Shown: positions 20,227-31,351, counted from the first letter of the stretch. The stretch is DNA of 64,000 nt from an uncultured Fenollaria sp. (GCF_946221515.1 NZ_CAMJVK010000001.1:7174-71173), one strand, 5' to 3'. The notes: a model not told the origin generated them from the sequence alone. Numbers and translations: made by a program.

Positions 20227-22756
20227 TAAAGATAAATTATCTCCTATGATGAAGGAGTATGTAGAACTTAAAGAAAAGAATCAAGATGCTATAGTCATGT
20301 ATAGGATTGGCGACTTCTTCGAAATGTTTTTCGACGATGCTATTGAAGCGAGCGAGATACTTGATTTAGTCTTAACAGGACGCGACTGCGGTCTAGATGA
20401 AAGAGCGCCTATGTGCGGCGTGCCCGCTAAAGCTGTTGACGTCTACATCAATAAGCTTGGTCAAAACAATAAAAAAGTTATAATTGTCGATCAAGTAGAA
20501 GACCCAAGACTAGCCCAAGGCCTTGTTAAAAGAGACATAGTAAAGATAGTTACGCCAGGAACAACATCAAGCGAAGAAGAGCTAAATAAGTATATCATCT
20601 ACCTATATATAGACGATATGGGTGCATCAATCGTCAAGTGCGACTACCTAACAGGTGATATCGATGCTCATGACTACATTCTTAATGGCAGTATATATGA
20701 CATTGTTGACAGCATTTTTAAATACAATGTTGCAGAAGTCTTTATAAATGATGATTATGCTAATTTTGATGCTCTTATCAAATACTTCGAGAAAAAATCA
20801 CTAGAGTATGTAAAGTCTTATAAAGTAGATAAAAAACTTGATGATATCATAGTCATTTTAAAAAATAGTCATAATATTAGCCTAAAGAAAAATGAATATA
20901 GAAAAGCTATTGCTATCTATTATCTTATAAATTATCTTGAATACACTCAAAAGAATGATTTGAAGCACTTTAAGTTTGAAAATATCAATGATGATGTAAA
21001 GACAATGGTCTTAGATGATCAAACTAGATTAAATCTTGAGATAGACTCATCTTATAATACTAAGTCAAAAACTTTATTTGATATACTTAACGATACAAAA
21101 ACAGCCATGGGCTTAAGATACCTTAAAAATGCTATGCTAAAGCCGCTTATCAATGCTAGTGATATTAATGAAAGGCTTGATTTAGTCGAATATTTTTATA
21201 AAAATGAGATGGAAATGACAGGTATCAGAAACTATCTTAAGAATATTCGCGACATAGACAGAATTTCCAACAGAATCAATGAGATGACAGTTACAAAGCA
21301 AGATATGCTAAGGCTTAAGGACTATATTATCTACGCTGAAAACTCTGTAGCTCTTATAAAAGATGAAAACATTAAAGAGAATTTCAAATTTTATGACTTA
21401 AATGACTTAGTAAAGCTAATCGATATAGCGATAGATTCAATGGATAGCGAATATATAATTAAACTTAATTACAACGAGGAGCTTGATAAATACAGAAGCC
21501 TACAAAATGATTCTTTAAAAGAAATACTTCTGCTTGAGGATAAAGATAGAAAAAATACCAAGATTAAAAATCTGAAAATAAAGTATAATAAGATACTTGG
21601 TTATTTCTATGAGGTTACTAAATCTAACTTAAATATGGTTCCTGAGTACTTTATTAAAAGAGCTACTCTTGTTAATAGTGAAAGGTTCGTAACTGAAGAG
21701 CTTAAGGCTCTTGAAACAGAGATACTTACAGCAAAAGATAGATTTGAATCCCTTGAAAAAGAACTATTTAACGATATAAAAAATAAATTACTTGATAGCT
21801 TATCGCGTATAAAGAACTTAAGCGAAAAGATTGCATATCTTGACTTTATAGTTAATCTTGCATATATTGCTAGAAAGAATAAATATGTAAGGGCAAGTAT
21901 AAGCGATGAAGATCTTGTATTAAAAAATTCAAGACATCCAGTTATTGAGAAGAATCTCAAAGATACTGCCTTTATTGAGAACGATGCATACTTTGATAGC
22001 AATAAGTATATAAAAGTCATCACAGGGCCAAATATGAGCGGTAAATCGACTTATATGAGACAGATAGCTATATCCTTATACTTAAATCAAATAGGCTCCT
22101 TCGTTCCAGCGAGCGAAGCAAAATTACCTATAGTAGATAGGATTTTTACTAGAATAGGCGCATCAGATGATATTTCTAGAGGCAATTCGACATTTATGGT
22201 CGAGATGAAAGAAGTAAATGAGATACTTAAATTTGCTAGCAAAGATAGCTTCATCGTTTTAGACGAAGTAGGCAGAGGCACTAGCACTAACGATGGCTTA
22301 TCCATTGCCTTTGCTATACTTGAATATATTTCAAAGAAGATTAAGGCTAAGACCATATTCAGTACACACTATCACGAAATACCTCATTTAACTGAAAAAT
22401 TTAAGAATGTTGAGCAAATATCTATGGATATATTGGAAGATGGCGAAGATCTTATATTTTTAAGAAAGATTAAAAACGAAGCGCAAGACAAGAGCTACGG
22501 CATATACGTAGCAAAGCTTAGTGGTATCAATGATAATGTTATATCAAGCGCTCAAGAGATGATGGATAGGCTTGAATACCAAGATCTTAGCGTTAGAAAA
22601 AAAGAGAAAGAAACTACAAACATTAGCCTAGATGAATACAAGTATAGATCGTATGTAGATTCAATCAAGGACATAAACATAAATGCAATGACCCCAATGG
22701 ATGCTCTAAACGAGCTAAATAAGATTATAGAAAGAGCAAAAAAATTAGGTGATTAG
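20204..22756 (+). CDS. mutS: DNA mismatch repair protein MutS
   Basis: 850 aa. N-terminal mismatch-binding domain (GDFFEMFFDDA), Walker A (GPNMSGKST), and a C-terminal HTH region. Confidence 0.95.
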   Translation: MVRKLKIDKDKLSPMMKEYVELKEKNQDAIVMYRIGDFFEMFFDDAIEASEILDLVLTGRDCGLDERAPMCGVPAKAVDVYINKLGQNNKKVIIVDQVEDPRLAQGLVKRDIVKIVTPGTTSSEEELNKYIIYLYIDDMGASIVKCDYLTGDIDAHDYILNGSIYDIVDSIFKYNVAEVFINDDYANFDALIKYFEKKSLEYVKSYKVDKKLDDIIVILKNSHNISLKKNEYRKAIAIYYLINYLEYTQKNDLKHFKFENINDDVKTMVLDDQTRLNLEIDSSYNTKSKTLFDILNDTKTAMGLRYLKNAMLKPLINASDINERLDLVEYFYKNEMEMTGIRNYLKNIRDIDRISNRINEMTVTKQDMLRLKDYIIYAENSVALIKDENIKENFKFYDLNDLVKLIDIAIDSMDSEYIIKLNYNEELDKYRSLQNDSLKEILLLEDKDRKNTKIKNLKIKYNKILGYFYEVTKSNLNMVPEYFIKRATLVNSERFVTEELKALETEILTAKDRFESLEKELFNDIKNKLLDSLSRIKNLSEKIAYLDFIVNLAYIARKNKYVRASISDEDLVLKNSRHPVIEKNLKDTAFIENDAYFDSNKYIKVITGPNMSGKSTYMRQIAISLYLNQIGSFVPASEAKLPIVDRIFTRIGASDDISRGNSTFMVEMKEVNEILKFASKDSFIVLDEVGRGTSTNDGLSIAFAILEYISKKIKAKTIFSTHYHEIPHLTEKFKNVEQISMDILEDGEDLIFLRKIKNEAQDKSYGIYVAKLSGINDNVISSAQEMMDRLEYQDLSVRKKEKETTNISLDEYKYRSYVDSIKDININAMTPMDALNELNKIIERAKKLGD

Positions 22757-24706
22757 ATGATAAAAGTACTATCAAAAGAAACAGTTGAAAAGATAGCTGC
22801 AGGCGAGGTTATAGAGAGACCGGTATCAGTTGTCAAAGAACTTGTAGAAAATTCAATAGATGCAGGCGCTACAAATATCATTATCAAGATATATGATGGC
22901 GGCAAAAGAAAGATATCCATTTCTGATAATGGCAGTGGTATTAACAGAGAAGACGTTAATCTTGCCTTTATTAAGCACTCTACGAGCAAAATTGAGAATG
23001 TTGATGATTTATATAGGATACACACTATGGGCTTCAGAGGCGAGGCATTGGCAAGCATCAAGGCCATAAGCAATGTTACACTTATAAGTAAGACTGAAGA
23101 TGAAGAGATTGGCTCTAAAATAAGCTTTTTTAATGGCAATAAAAGGATAGAGAATATTTCCACTAATAAAGGTACGTCCATAATAGTCGAAGATATCTTC
23201 TATAATATTCCAGCAAGAAAGAAATTCTTAAAGAAAGATACTTATGAGTCAAATCTTATAAATGATCTATTATATAGGCTCGCTATAGCTAATCCTAATA
23301 TCGGCTTTAAATACATGAATAATGATAAAGTCATCTTTGATTTATTTAGCAATCAAAGCTTATATGAAAGGATTAACAGCCTTTATGGTTATGATACAGC
23401 CATAAATATGAAGGAAGTCAATATCGAAAGCGATAAGTTTAAGATTAGAGGCTATATATCAAATAATCTTCTATATAGAAGCAATAAAAAGAATCAGCTT
23501 TTATATATAAATAATAGAACTGTTAAAAATGACGCTATAAATAAAGTAATAAATGAAGCTTACAAGTCTACTATACCTTTAAATAGATTCCCTGTATTCT
23601 TCTTATTTATAGATATAGACCCTAGTATGCTTGATGTTAACATACATCCAGCTAAGACTGAGGTTAAGATACAAGACATGGATGAACTTCTTGTTTTGCT
23701 TAACTCTAATCTAAAGCGCATAATAAACAATGATGTTGAGCTTAAAATAGCATTTTCTGATAAAAAAGATGAGAGGGAAGAGGAGACTAAGCTTAATATA
23801 GTAGAAAAAGATGAAGAAGCTAGTGATGCTGCAGTAAGAATTACTTATGAAGATAATACGAGTACCCAAGATAAGGCAGTTTATGCTAAATCTAATGATA
23901 CTGAGTACGATGATGAATTTATAAGTAAGGAAGATAGTGATAGAGATGAAAATAATGCAGATATACCAGTTTTTAATGATGACGAGTTCATAAATGACAT
24001 AAATTTATTACAAGATAGAAATGAAGATGTTAAGAAAACTTCACAAAAATATGAAGAGATGTTAATATTTGATGATGAAACGAATGATGATAAAAATAGA
24101 ATAGTGATGGATGATATTAATATCCTTGATGCTTATAAGATAGAAGGCGTTTTATTCAATACCTTTATACTGCTTTATGACTACAATAACGACTTCGTAG
24201 TTATAATAGACCAACATGCGGCACATGAAAGGATTCTTTACGAAGAATTTTCAGAAAAATTCAAGAATTCTAAAGTAAATTCACAATATATAGAAGGCGT
24301 AAGTCCTATAAAGCTTACAGTTAATGAAGAAGAAACTATAAAAGAAAACATGGATCTACTTAATAAGTTTGGCTTTACTATAGACATATATCCTGATCAT
24401 AACGTAGTTGTAAGAAGCATACCAATAATATTTGGTGGTAATTACAGCTTAGACTTAATTAAAGATATCATTGGTATATTAGACGAAGAAAAGACTAACA
24501 TCTATGACTATAAAATCGAAAAGATTATGAAATACGCTTGTAAAAACGCTATCAAGGCTGGAGATAAAATCTCTAATATCGAAATTGACAAGCTTATAGA
24601 AGACCTTAAGAAGTGCAAGTATCCAACTACTTGTCCACATGGCAGACCAAGTATGATTATACTTAAGAAGAACATGATTGAGAAGATGTTCTTTAGGATA
24701 CAATAA
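22757..24706 (+). CDS. mutL: DNA mismatch repair protein MutL
   Basis: GHKL ATPase N-terminus (IAAGEVIERP, ENSIDAG) and a C-terminal dimerisation domain. 649 aa. Confidence 0.95.
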   Translation: MIKVLSKETVEKIAAGEVIERPVSVVKELVENSIDAGATNIIIKIYDGGKRKISISDNGSGINREDVNLAFIKHSTSKIENVDDLYRIHTMGFRGEALASIKAISNVTLISKTEDEEIGSKISFFNGNKRIENISTNKGTSIIVEDIFYNIPARKKFLKKDTYESNLINDLLYRLAIANPNIGFKYMNNDKVIFDLFSNQSLYERINSLYGYDTAINMKEVNIESDKFKIRGYISNNLLYRSNKKNQLLYINNRTVKNDAINKVINEAYKSTIPLNRFPVFFLFIDIDPSMLDVNIHPAKTEVKIQDMDELLVLLNSNLKRIINNDVELKIAFSDKKDEREEETKLNIVEKDEEASDAAVRITYEDNTSTQDKAVYAKSNDTEYDDEFISKEDSDRDENNADIPVFNDDEFINDINLLQDRNEDVKKTSQKYEEMLIFDDETNDDKNRIVMDDINILDAYKIEGVLFNTFILLYDYNNDFVVIIDQHAAHERILYEEFSEKFKNSKVNSQYIEGVSPIKLTVNEEETIKENMDLLNKFGFTIDIYPDHNVVVRSIPIIFGGNYSLDLIKDIIGILDEEKTNIYDYKIEKIMKYACKNAIKAGDKISNIEIDKLIEDLKKCKYPTTCPHGRPSMIILKKNMIEKMFFRIQ

Positions 24707-25659
24707 TGAAAGAAAAAATAATAGTTATATCAGGACCAACTGGTATTGGAAAATCAAAGGTCGCTGTTGAGCTCGCTAAAAAGCTTGGAAACGCTGAGAT
24801 AATCTCATCTGATTCAATGCAGATATATAAAGAAATGAGCATTGGGACTGCAAAAGTCACTGACGAAGAAATGTCTGGTATTAAGCATCATATGATAGAC
24901 GAAGTGAGTATTCATGATAATTTCTCTGTCTACGATTATCAAAAGAAGACAAAAAAGCTAATAAGCGATATGAATAAGCGTGGCACAATCCCTATAATCA
25001 TAGGTGGAACCGGATTATATATCAATTCCTTATTATATAAGCTAGACTTTAGTAGTGAAGCTGAAGATAAAGAGCTTAGAGAAAAGCTAAATAAAGAAGA
25101 AGAACTATATGGCAAAGACTATTTATATAATAAATTAAAAAAGCTTGATCCAGAATATGCTGAAAAGCTTAGTGTGAATGATACTTTCAGGATAATTAGA
25201 GCTTTAGAGGTTATATACAAAAGCGGCAATAAATACAGCGAAGAAAATAAAAATTTCAGAGAATACAATGATGAATATGATAAGCTAATCTATATACTTC
25301 AAACAGATAGAGAGCTTTTATATGATAGAATCAATAAAAGAATTGACAAGATGATTGCAGCTGGTCTCTTAGATGAAGTTAAAGACATTATAAAGGATAT
25401 GAGTAGTGAGGAAATTGCTTCAAATAGAGCTCTGCTTGCTATTGGATATAAAGAGCTTATAAGTTATCTGCAAGGTGAAATTACTTATGAAAGAGCTGTA
25501 GATCTAATCAAGCAAAAATCTAGGAACTACGCAAAAAGACAATTGACATGGTTTAGACGTGAGAGTGAAGCAAATTTCATTGACGTAAACTTTGAAGATA
25601 TAGACCAAACATTAAATACAATATACAATGACATAATGAAAAGGTGGAAGAATGAATAA
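24706..25659 (+). CDS. miaA: tRNA dimethylallyltransferase
   Basis: P-loop GPTGIGKS. 317 aa. Canonical position after mutL. Confidence 0.9.
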   Translation: MKEKIIVISGPTGIGKSKVAVELAKKLGNAEIISSDSMQIYKEMSIGTAKVTDEEMSGIKHHMIDEVSIHDNFSVYDYQKKTKKLISDMNKRGTIPIIIGGTGLYINSLLYKLDFSSEAEDKELREKLNKEEELYGKDYLYNKLKKLDPEYAEKLSVNDTFRIIRALEVIYKSGNKYSEENKNFREYNDEYDKLIYILQTDRELLYDRINKRIDKMIAAGLLDEVKDIIKDMSSEEIASNRALLAIGYKELISYLQGEITYERAVDLIKQKSRNYAKRQLTWFRRESEANFIDVNFEDIDQTLNTIYNDIMKRWKNE

Positions 25660-26926
25660 TATTTACAAAAAATACGATTTATCAGATGCTGTCATAAATT
25701 TAGTTAATGACGCAAGTGATGAATTAAGCGAAACATACAAAGAGTATGAAAAAAATAAAGAGATTAATCAAATAAAAGTTATACATGCTATGCAAAAAAA
25801 TAACTTAGCTGCATCAGACTTTTATTATGCAAGCGGTTATGGATATGGCGATATTGGTAGAGACAAAATTGAAGAAATTTTCAAAGACATCTTCAATGCA
25901 GAGGATGCTTTAGTAAGAACTTCTATAGTTTCAGGTACTCATGCTATATATATAATGCTTTCTTCGATTCTTGATCATGGAGATGAATTTATATACGTAA
26001 CTGGCACTCCTTATGACACTATACAAAAAAGTATAGGCCTAATTGGCGATTTAAGGGACTCATTAATGAAAAAAGGTATAATGTATAGCCAAGTGGAGCT
26101 AAAAGCTGCTACGATCGATTTTGAGGCCTTAGAAGCGAAAATCGCAAAAAACACCAAAGCTATAGTCGTGCAAAGGTCAATTGGCTACGAATTTAGAAAG
26201 GCAATCAATCTTCACGCAATAAAAGATGATATGCTTAAGTTTAAAGAGAAGCATCCAGACATTGTTATAATGTATGACAATTGCTATGGTGAATTTACCG
26301 ACAGTATCGAGCCGACAGATATTGGTGCAGATATTATAGCTGGATCACTACTTAAAAATCTTGGTGCTGGTATAAGTTTAGGTGGCGGTTACTTAGTAGG
26401 AAGAAAAGATCTTATAGAGCTAGCTGCAGATCGTTTATATGCACCAGGCCTTGGTAAAGAGCTAGGCTTATCTTACGGCACGCTTAGAACGACATTACAA
26501 GGCTTATACATGTCGCCACGAGTAGTATGTGAAGCTCTTAAGACACAAAGCTTATTCTCATATGTGTTCACAAAGCTTGGCTTTGAGTGCACGCCAGAAT
26601 TTAACGAGCACAAATCAGATATAGTTTGTGCAATAAAGTTCAAAGATCCAGATATACTTATTAAGTTCTGTAAATCGATACAAAAGGCAGCTTGCGTTGA
26701 TTCATTCTTAACGCCAGAACCTTGGGACATGCCAGGCTACGAGAATAAAATAATTATGGCGTCAGGCAGCTTTATAGATGGCTCATCCATAGAAATATCT
26801 GCTGATGGTCCTATAAGAGAGCCATATATAGCTTATTTCCAAGGATCTATGTCATTAGAGCAAGGTAAATTAGGCTTAATGATAGCCTTACAAGACCTAG
26901 TAGACGCAGGGAAGATATCATTATAA
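25652..26926 (+). CDS. PLP-dependent Cys/Met-metabolism family protein (YnbB / 'aluminium resistance protein' family, methionine gamma-lyase-like)
   Basis: 424 aa with a fold-type I PLP enzyme signature. This family usually follows miaA/hfq in Firmicutes. Confidence 0.75.
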   Translation: MNNIYKKYDLSDAVINLVNDASDELSETYKEYEKNKEINQIKVIHAMQKNNLAASDFYYASGYGYGDIGRDKIEEIFKDIFNAEDALVRTSIVSGTHAIYIMLSSILDHGDEFIYVTGTPYDTIQKSIGLIGDLRDSLMKKGIMYSQVELKAATIDFEALEAKIAKNTKAIVVQRSIGYEFRKAINLHAIKDDMLKFKEKHPDIVIMYDNCYGEFTDSIEPTDIGADIIAGSLLKNLGAGISLGGGYLVGRKDLIELAADRLYAPGLGKELGLSYGTLRTTLQGLYMSPRVVCEALKTQSLFSYVFTKLGFECTPEFNEHKSDIVCAIKFKDPDILIKFCKSIQKAACVDSFLTPEPWDMPGYENKIIMASGSFIDGSSIEISADGPIREPYIAYFQGSMSLEQGKLGLMIALQDLVDAGKISL

Positions 26927-26944
26927 TAAAATATAAGCAAAATA

Positions 26945-26975
26945 AAAGTATTAGAGCGAATCTAATACTTTTTTC
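26945..26975. terminator. Bidirectional intrinsic terminator between the convergent ynbB-like and recombinase genes
   Basis: Stem AAAGTATTAG (26945-54), loop AGCGAAT, stem CTAATACTTT (26962-71), followed by a T-run. An A-rich tract lies on the other side. It overlaps the recombinase stop codon. Confidence 0.65.
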
Positions 26976-27936
26976 TATTGGCTAATGGATTATTTTCAAT
27001 TGATTTTTTAAGGGTGCTATTATCAAGATGGGTATATATCTGTGTTGTAGCAACTGATGTGTGACCAAGTATCTCTTGCAAGGACCTTATATCTACTGAG
27101 CCATATTTATACATAAGGGTAGCGGCAGTATGTCTTAATTTGTGGACTGTAAACTTGTTTTTGTCAAGGCCAGCCTCAAGTAAGTACTTATCAAACATGT
27201 ACTGAACAGCGCGGTTTGACATACGAACCTTCTTTTGAGAGATGAATAGGGCGTGTTTATCAATTTCTTTAACATCTTTTGGTCTTACTTCAATATAGTC
27301 CTTTATTGCACTAAATGTAGCATCGTTTAAATATATTTGTCTTTCTTTATTGCCTTTACCAACGACATTGATGTATCTATCCTCATTAATAGAGTCTAAA
27401 TTAAGGCTAGTAAGCTCAGATATACGTAGACCACAGTTTAAAAACAGCATAATTATAGCATAGTCACGATTGCGCATTTCGTTATTTTCGTTCTTCATAA
27501 TGGTATTTAATAGCGTTTCGCATTGATTAAGACTTAAGTATATTGGTAGACGCTGATCAATTTTAGGCATTTCTAATTCATTTGCAACGTTATTATCAAT
27601 TAGATTAACCTTCATTAGGTAAGCATATAGAGCATGAACTACAGCAGCTTTTCTATATTTGCCATAGTTAGTATTGTCAAGATCTTCATCAGCGTAGGAT
27701 ATAAAAGCATATAGGTCATTAATTTGAAGCTTTTTAATGTCATCAATAGTAACAGCTGTATAATAATATTCATCGTTTTCATCTAAAATTTCTAAACGAA
27801 TAGCGACAAAGTTAAGGAAAGATTTTAAGTCGTAGTAATAACTTTGAATAGTATTAGGAGACAAACCCTTAACTGATTTTAAATATCCTAAAAAGTCTTT
27901 TATGTAGTTAGGATCGTTTTTTTGTGTAATTGCCAT
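26962..27936 (-). CDS. Site-specific tyrosine recombinase, XerC/XerD family
   Basis: C-terminal catalytic signature HKLRHTAATLMY...LGHTSVATTQIYTHL with R, HxxR and a Tyr nucleophile. 324 aa. Flanked by housekeeping genes, not phage genes. Confidence 0.85.
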   Translation of the reverse strand: MAITQKNDPNYIKDFLGYLKSVKGLSPNTIQSYYYDLKSFLNFVAIRLEILDENDEYYYTAVTIDDIKKLQINDLYAFISYADEDLDNTNYGKYRKAAVVHALYAYLMKVNLIDNNVANELEMPKIDQRLPIYLSLNQCETLLNTIMKNENNEMRNRDYAIIMLFLNCGLRISELTSLNLDSINEDRYINVVGKGNKERQIYLNDATFSAIKDYIEVRPKDVKEIDKHALFISQKKVRMSNRAVQYMFDKYLLEAGLDKNKFTVHKLRHTAATLMYKYGSVDIRSLQEILGHTSVATTQIYTHLDNSTLKKSIENNPLANRKKY

Positions 27937-27968
27937 ATATTTGAAGCCCCTTTCGATATTATGTATTT

Positions 27969-27996
27969 ATGTCACTAAATTTATATTTAGCGACAT
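27969..27996. promoter_or_regulatory. 28-bp near-perfect palindrome (12-4-12) directly upstream of the recombinase gene; candidate recombinase site or operator
   Basis: ATGTCACTAAAT-TTAT-ATTTAGCGACAT, with 11 of 12 arm positions complementary. It lies 33 bp upstream of the recombinase start. An ATATTATGTA 10-mer identical to part of the B. subtilis dif site, as I recall it, lies just 5' at 27955-27964. Confidence 0.35.
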
Positions 27997-28130
27997 TTTA
28001 TCTAAATCTATTATACCACCCTTTTATATAAATGTCAAAGCTTTTTTCTAATATTTATTGTTTAATTAAACTAAATCACTTTTATCATTATACAAATTTC
28101 ATTTATAAAAATTGCTTATAAGATTGTATA

Positions 28131-28170
28131 CAAATAAAAAATGTGTAGACTTTTTATCTACACATTTTAT
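28131..28170 (-). terminator. Intrinsic terminator of rny
   Basis: Hairpin ATGTGTAG/CTACACAT with flanking A and T runs, immediately downstream of the rny stop on the minus strand. Confidence 0.7.
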
Positions 28171-28177
28171 TTAAATA

Positions 28178-29728
28178 CTATTTTGCATAATCAGTACTTC
28201 TTGTTTCTCTAATGACAGTAACTTTTATTTGACCTGGATATTCCAAATTTTCTTCAATTTGCTTAGCAATATCGCGGCTCATTAAAAGCATTTTATCTTC
28301 ATCTATAACTTCAGGTTTAACCATTATTCTGATTTCTCTACCAGCTTGTATAGCAAATGATTTTTCAATACCCTCAAATGAGTTTGCTATACCCTCTAGT
28401 GTTTCTAGCCTCTTGATGTACGATTCTAATGTTTCTCTTCTAGCACCTGGTCTTGCAGCAGATATTGCGTCTGCAGCTTGAACGATAACAGCTTCAACTG
28501 TTGTTGGCTCTTCGTCACCATGGTGTGATGCGATGATGTTTAGAATTTCTTTATTCTCCTTATATCTCTTGCAAGTATTTACACCTATCTCGATATGGCT
28601 TCCTTCCATTTGTTGATCAATGGATTTACCTATATCGTGTAGTAAACCTCCTCTTCTGGCAAGCCTTATGTCTGCGCCTAGCTCTTCAGCTATAGTTGCT
28701 GATAGTTTAGCTACCTCTATAGAGTGCTCTAGGACATTTTGACCATAGCTTGTTCTAAATTTAAGTCTACCTAATAGTTTTACTAGCTCAGGATGTAAGT
28801 TACGTACGCCGGCTTCGATAACGGCTCTTTCACCTTCTTCTTTTATAACTGTCTCTACCTCGACCTTAGCTTTGTTGACCATCTCTTCAATCCTAGCTGG
28901 ATGAATTCTTCCGTCAGCTATAAGTTTTTCTAAAGCAATTTTGCAAATCTCTCTTCTAATTGGGTCAAAACTTGATAATACTACTGCTTCCGGTGTATCG
29001 TCTATGATTAGATCTACTCCGGTTAAAGTTTCTAGTGTTCTTATATTTCTACCTTCTCTACCGATGATTCTTCCCTTCATCTCGTCATTTGGTAGGTTAA
29101 CAACATTAACACTAACTTCAGTTACATAGTCAGATGCATTCTTTTGAATAGCGTCAGCTATGATTTCTCTAGCATTCTTTTGTGCTTCTTCTTTAGCTTC
29201 ATATGTAGCTTGTCTGATATAAGTAGCACACTCATGAGTCATTTCCTTTTTAACTTCATCCAAGATAATGTCTTTTGCTTCTTGAGTACTCATTTTGGAA
29301 ACGCGCTCAATTTCTTTTCTTCTTTCTTCAATTAATTGTTCAACTTCTTCTTCTTTCTTGCTTAGAGAGTTCATCTTATTCTTAAGTTGTTCTTCCTTCT
29401 TTTCGTAAGATTGTGTTCTCTTGTCAAGATTTTCTTCTTTGTTGATCAATCTTTTTTCCGATTTTTTCAGTTCGATTTCTTTTTCTTTTGCTTCTTTGTC
29501 GAGGTCATTTCTTAGTTTGTGAATTTCTTCTTTGGCTGATAGTATCTTCTCTTTAGCTTCTTGACTTGCTTTGTTCTTTGCATCTTCGATAATTCTACTT
29601 GATTCAATTTCAGCACTTTTAATCTTCTTCTCGCCTAGAATCTTTCTAATTATATATCCTATGATAAAGCCTAGAACTATAGCAATTAAAGCTGTAATCA
29701 GTACTTCGCCTGTTAAAAACTTATCCAA
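28178..29728 (-). CDS. rny: Ribonuclease Y
   Basis: N-terminal transmembrane helix, coiled coil, KH domain ([13 protein letters not shown]) and HD domain (LLHDIGK). 516 aa. Confidence 0.95.
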   Translation of the reverse strand: MDKFLTGEVLITALIAIVLGFIIGYIIRKILGEKKIKSAEIESSRIIEDAKNKASQEAKEKILSAKEEIHKLRNDLDKEAKEKEIELKKSEKRLINKEENLDKRTQSYEKKEEQLKNKMNSLSKKEEEVEQLIEERRKEIERVSKMSTQEAKDIILDEVKKEMTHECATYIRQATYEAKEEAQKNAREIIADAIQKNASDYVTEVSVNVVNLPNDEMKGRIIGREGRNIRTLETLTGVDLIIDDTPEAVVLSSFDPIRREICKIALEKLIADGRIHPARIEEMVNKAKVEVETVIKEEGERAVIEAGVRNLHPELVKLLGRLKFRTSYGQNVLEHSIEVAKLSATIAEELGADIRLARRGGLLHDIGKSIDQQMEGSHIEIGVNTCKRYKENKEILNIIASHHGDEEPTTVEAVIVQAADAISAARPGARRETLESYIKRLETLEGIANSFEGIEKSFAIQAGREIRIMVKPEVIDEDKMLLMSRDIAKQIEENLEYPGQIKVTVIRETRSTDYAK

Positions 29729-29861
29729 ACTTAAAACACCTCCTATTAAATTTTATTGGTTTTAAGCATCACGCTTAAAGTTATTATAACACATTTTTGA
29801 TTTATTAGCAAGTTTTTAGTATGATTAATATAGATATTTTTTATAGCACTTCCATATCAAT

Positions 29862-29893
29862 GCGAAAAAATAAGACTAAACATCGTGTTTAGC
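29862..29893 (-). terminator. Intrinsic terminator of cls
   Basis: Stem CTAAACA, loop TCG, stem TGTTTAG, with an A6 run upstream on the plus strand (a U-run on the minus-strand transcript). Confidence 0.6.
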
Positions 29894-29912
29894 CTTATAC
29901 AGTATATATTTA

Positions 29913-31340
29913 TTATAGCATTGGTGAAAACAATCTAGTTATTGACTCTTTAATCTTGGCAACTCTTGATCTTTGATTGAATCTATCAAGAGTAAGTTCT
30001 TTCGACTCTTCCATATCCCTCAAAAATTGTTCACTTAATAATGCGTTTGTATCTTTATCATAAAAAATTAAATTCGCTTCAAAGTTTAAAGAGAAGCTTC
30101 TAATATCAAAGTTAGCTGTTCCTACCGTGCATATATCATCATCTTTAACAACTTGTTTAGCGTGTAAAAAGCCTTTTCCATACTCATAAACCTTAACCCC
30201 GTCTTCAAGCAGCTGGCCTACATAGCTTTGTGTTGCCCAATATACAGAGAAGTGGTCTGGTTTATCAGGTATCATGATTCTAACATCAACACCTGATAAA
30301 GCAGCTATCCTAACTGCTTCAAAGATAGATTCATCAGGAACAAAGTACGGACTTTGTATCCATAGCCTATTTTTAGCTGAGCTTATCATTTTCAGATAAA
30401 CATTCTTTATACTTTCATACATTGAGTCTGGACCTGATGTTACTAGCTGCATTCTGCTTAAAGTCTTAATGTCATGATCTTTATAATATTCACCTTTTGT
30501 TTTAATCTTAGTAGCAAATCTATAATCAAAGTTAAATCTTCTTAGGTACTCTTCTACTATGTCCCCTTCTAATCTAAAATGAGTATCTCTCCAAAATCCA
30601 AATTTTTTATCATTGTTAATATACTCATTACCAACATTAAAACCGCCGCTATATGCAATTTTACCATCAATAACAACTATCTTTCTATGATTTCTATAGT
30701 TAAATCTTGTAGTAAATTTAGAGAAAAATAATGGGAAGAACGAGTCTACTTCGCCGCCTAATCTTTTAAACTCAATAAAATGTCTTTTTCTTATGCTTCT
30801 AGAGCCAACTGCGTCGACAAGTATCCTTACCTCTACCCCTTCTTTTAACTTTTGATTAAGAAGGCTTATAAGCTCCCTTCCTAGTTCATCTGTTTTAAAG
30901 ATGTAGTACTCTATATAAATGTATTCTTTTGCATTCTTGATGTCTTCAAATAAGTCCTTAAACTTATCTTTTCCATCAAAGTAAAATTTAATGTCGTTAT
31001 AATCGGTAAAAGCAGAATCACTTGTTGCTAAACATAAATTTATTAAATCTTTTTGATCTGCATTTAGGCTATCTGAATTACATAGAGCTATATACTTTTT
31101 TTGATGTTCAATAAGTCTTTTCTCTTGCTCATCTAGCATCATCTTTTCATCAAAAGTTTTTCTCTTTCTGTAATTAAGTCCAAAGAACATATAAAGTATA
31201 AAGCCAACAAATGGCAAATAAAGTAGTATCATTAACCATAGCCATGTTGACTTTATATTCTTTCTTTCTTTAAAAACTATAAATAGGCCTAATAGCAAGT
31301 TTAATAAATAACCAATTAAAACTTGTAATGAGACATCCAT
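29913..31340 (-). CDS. cls: Cardiolipin synthase
   Basis: Two transmembrane helices followed by two PLD HKD motifs (HRKIVVIDG; HAKQVVKDD). 475 aa. Confidence 0.9.
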   Translation of the reverse strand: MDVSLQVLIGYLLNLLLGLFIVFKERKNIKSTWLWLMILLYLPFVGFILYMFFGLNYRKRKTFDEKMMLDEQEKRLIEHQKKYIALCNSDSLNADQKDLINLCLATSDSAFTDYNDIKFYFDGKDKFKDLFEDIKNAKEYIYIEYYIFKTDELGRELISLLNQKLKEGVEVRILVDAVGSRSIRKRHFIEFKRLGGEVDSFFPLFFSKFTTRFNYRNHRKIVVIDGKIAYSGGFNVGNEYINNDKKFGFWRDTHFRLEGDIVEEYLRRFNFDYRFATKIKTKGEYYKDHDIKTLSRMQLVTSGPDSMYESIKNVYLKMISSAKNRLWIQSPYFVPDESIFEAVRIAALSGVDVRIMIPDKPDHFSVYWATQSYVGQLLEDGVKVYEYGKGFLHAKQVVKDDDICTVGTANFDIRSFSLNFEANLIFYDKDTNALLSEQFLRDMEESKELTLDRFNQRSRVAKIKESITRLFSPML

Positions 31341-31351
31341 CGCATTATCTC

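Noticed and set aside
26962-27936. The tyrosine recombinase as the integrase of a prophage or integrative element.
   Set aside because: No phage, transposase, or tRNA attachment context is present. Both flanks are conserved housekeeping genes (miaA/ynbB and rny), and the protein has XerC/D-like domain order. A chromosomal Xer is more likely.
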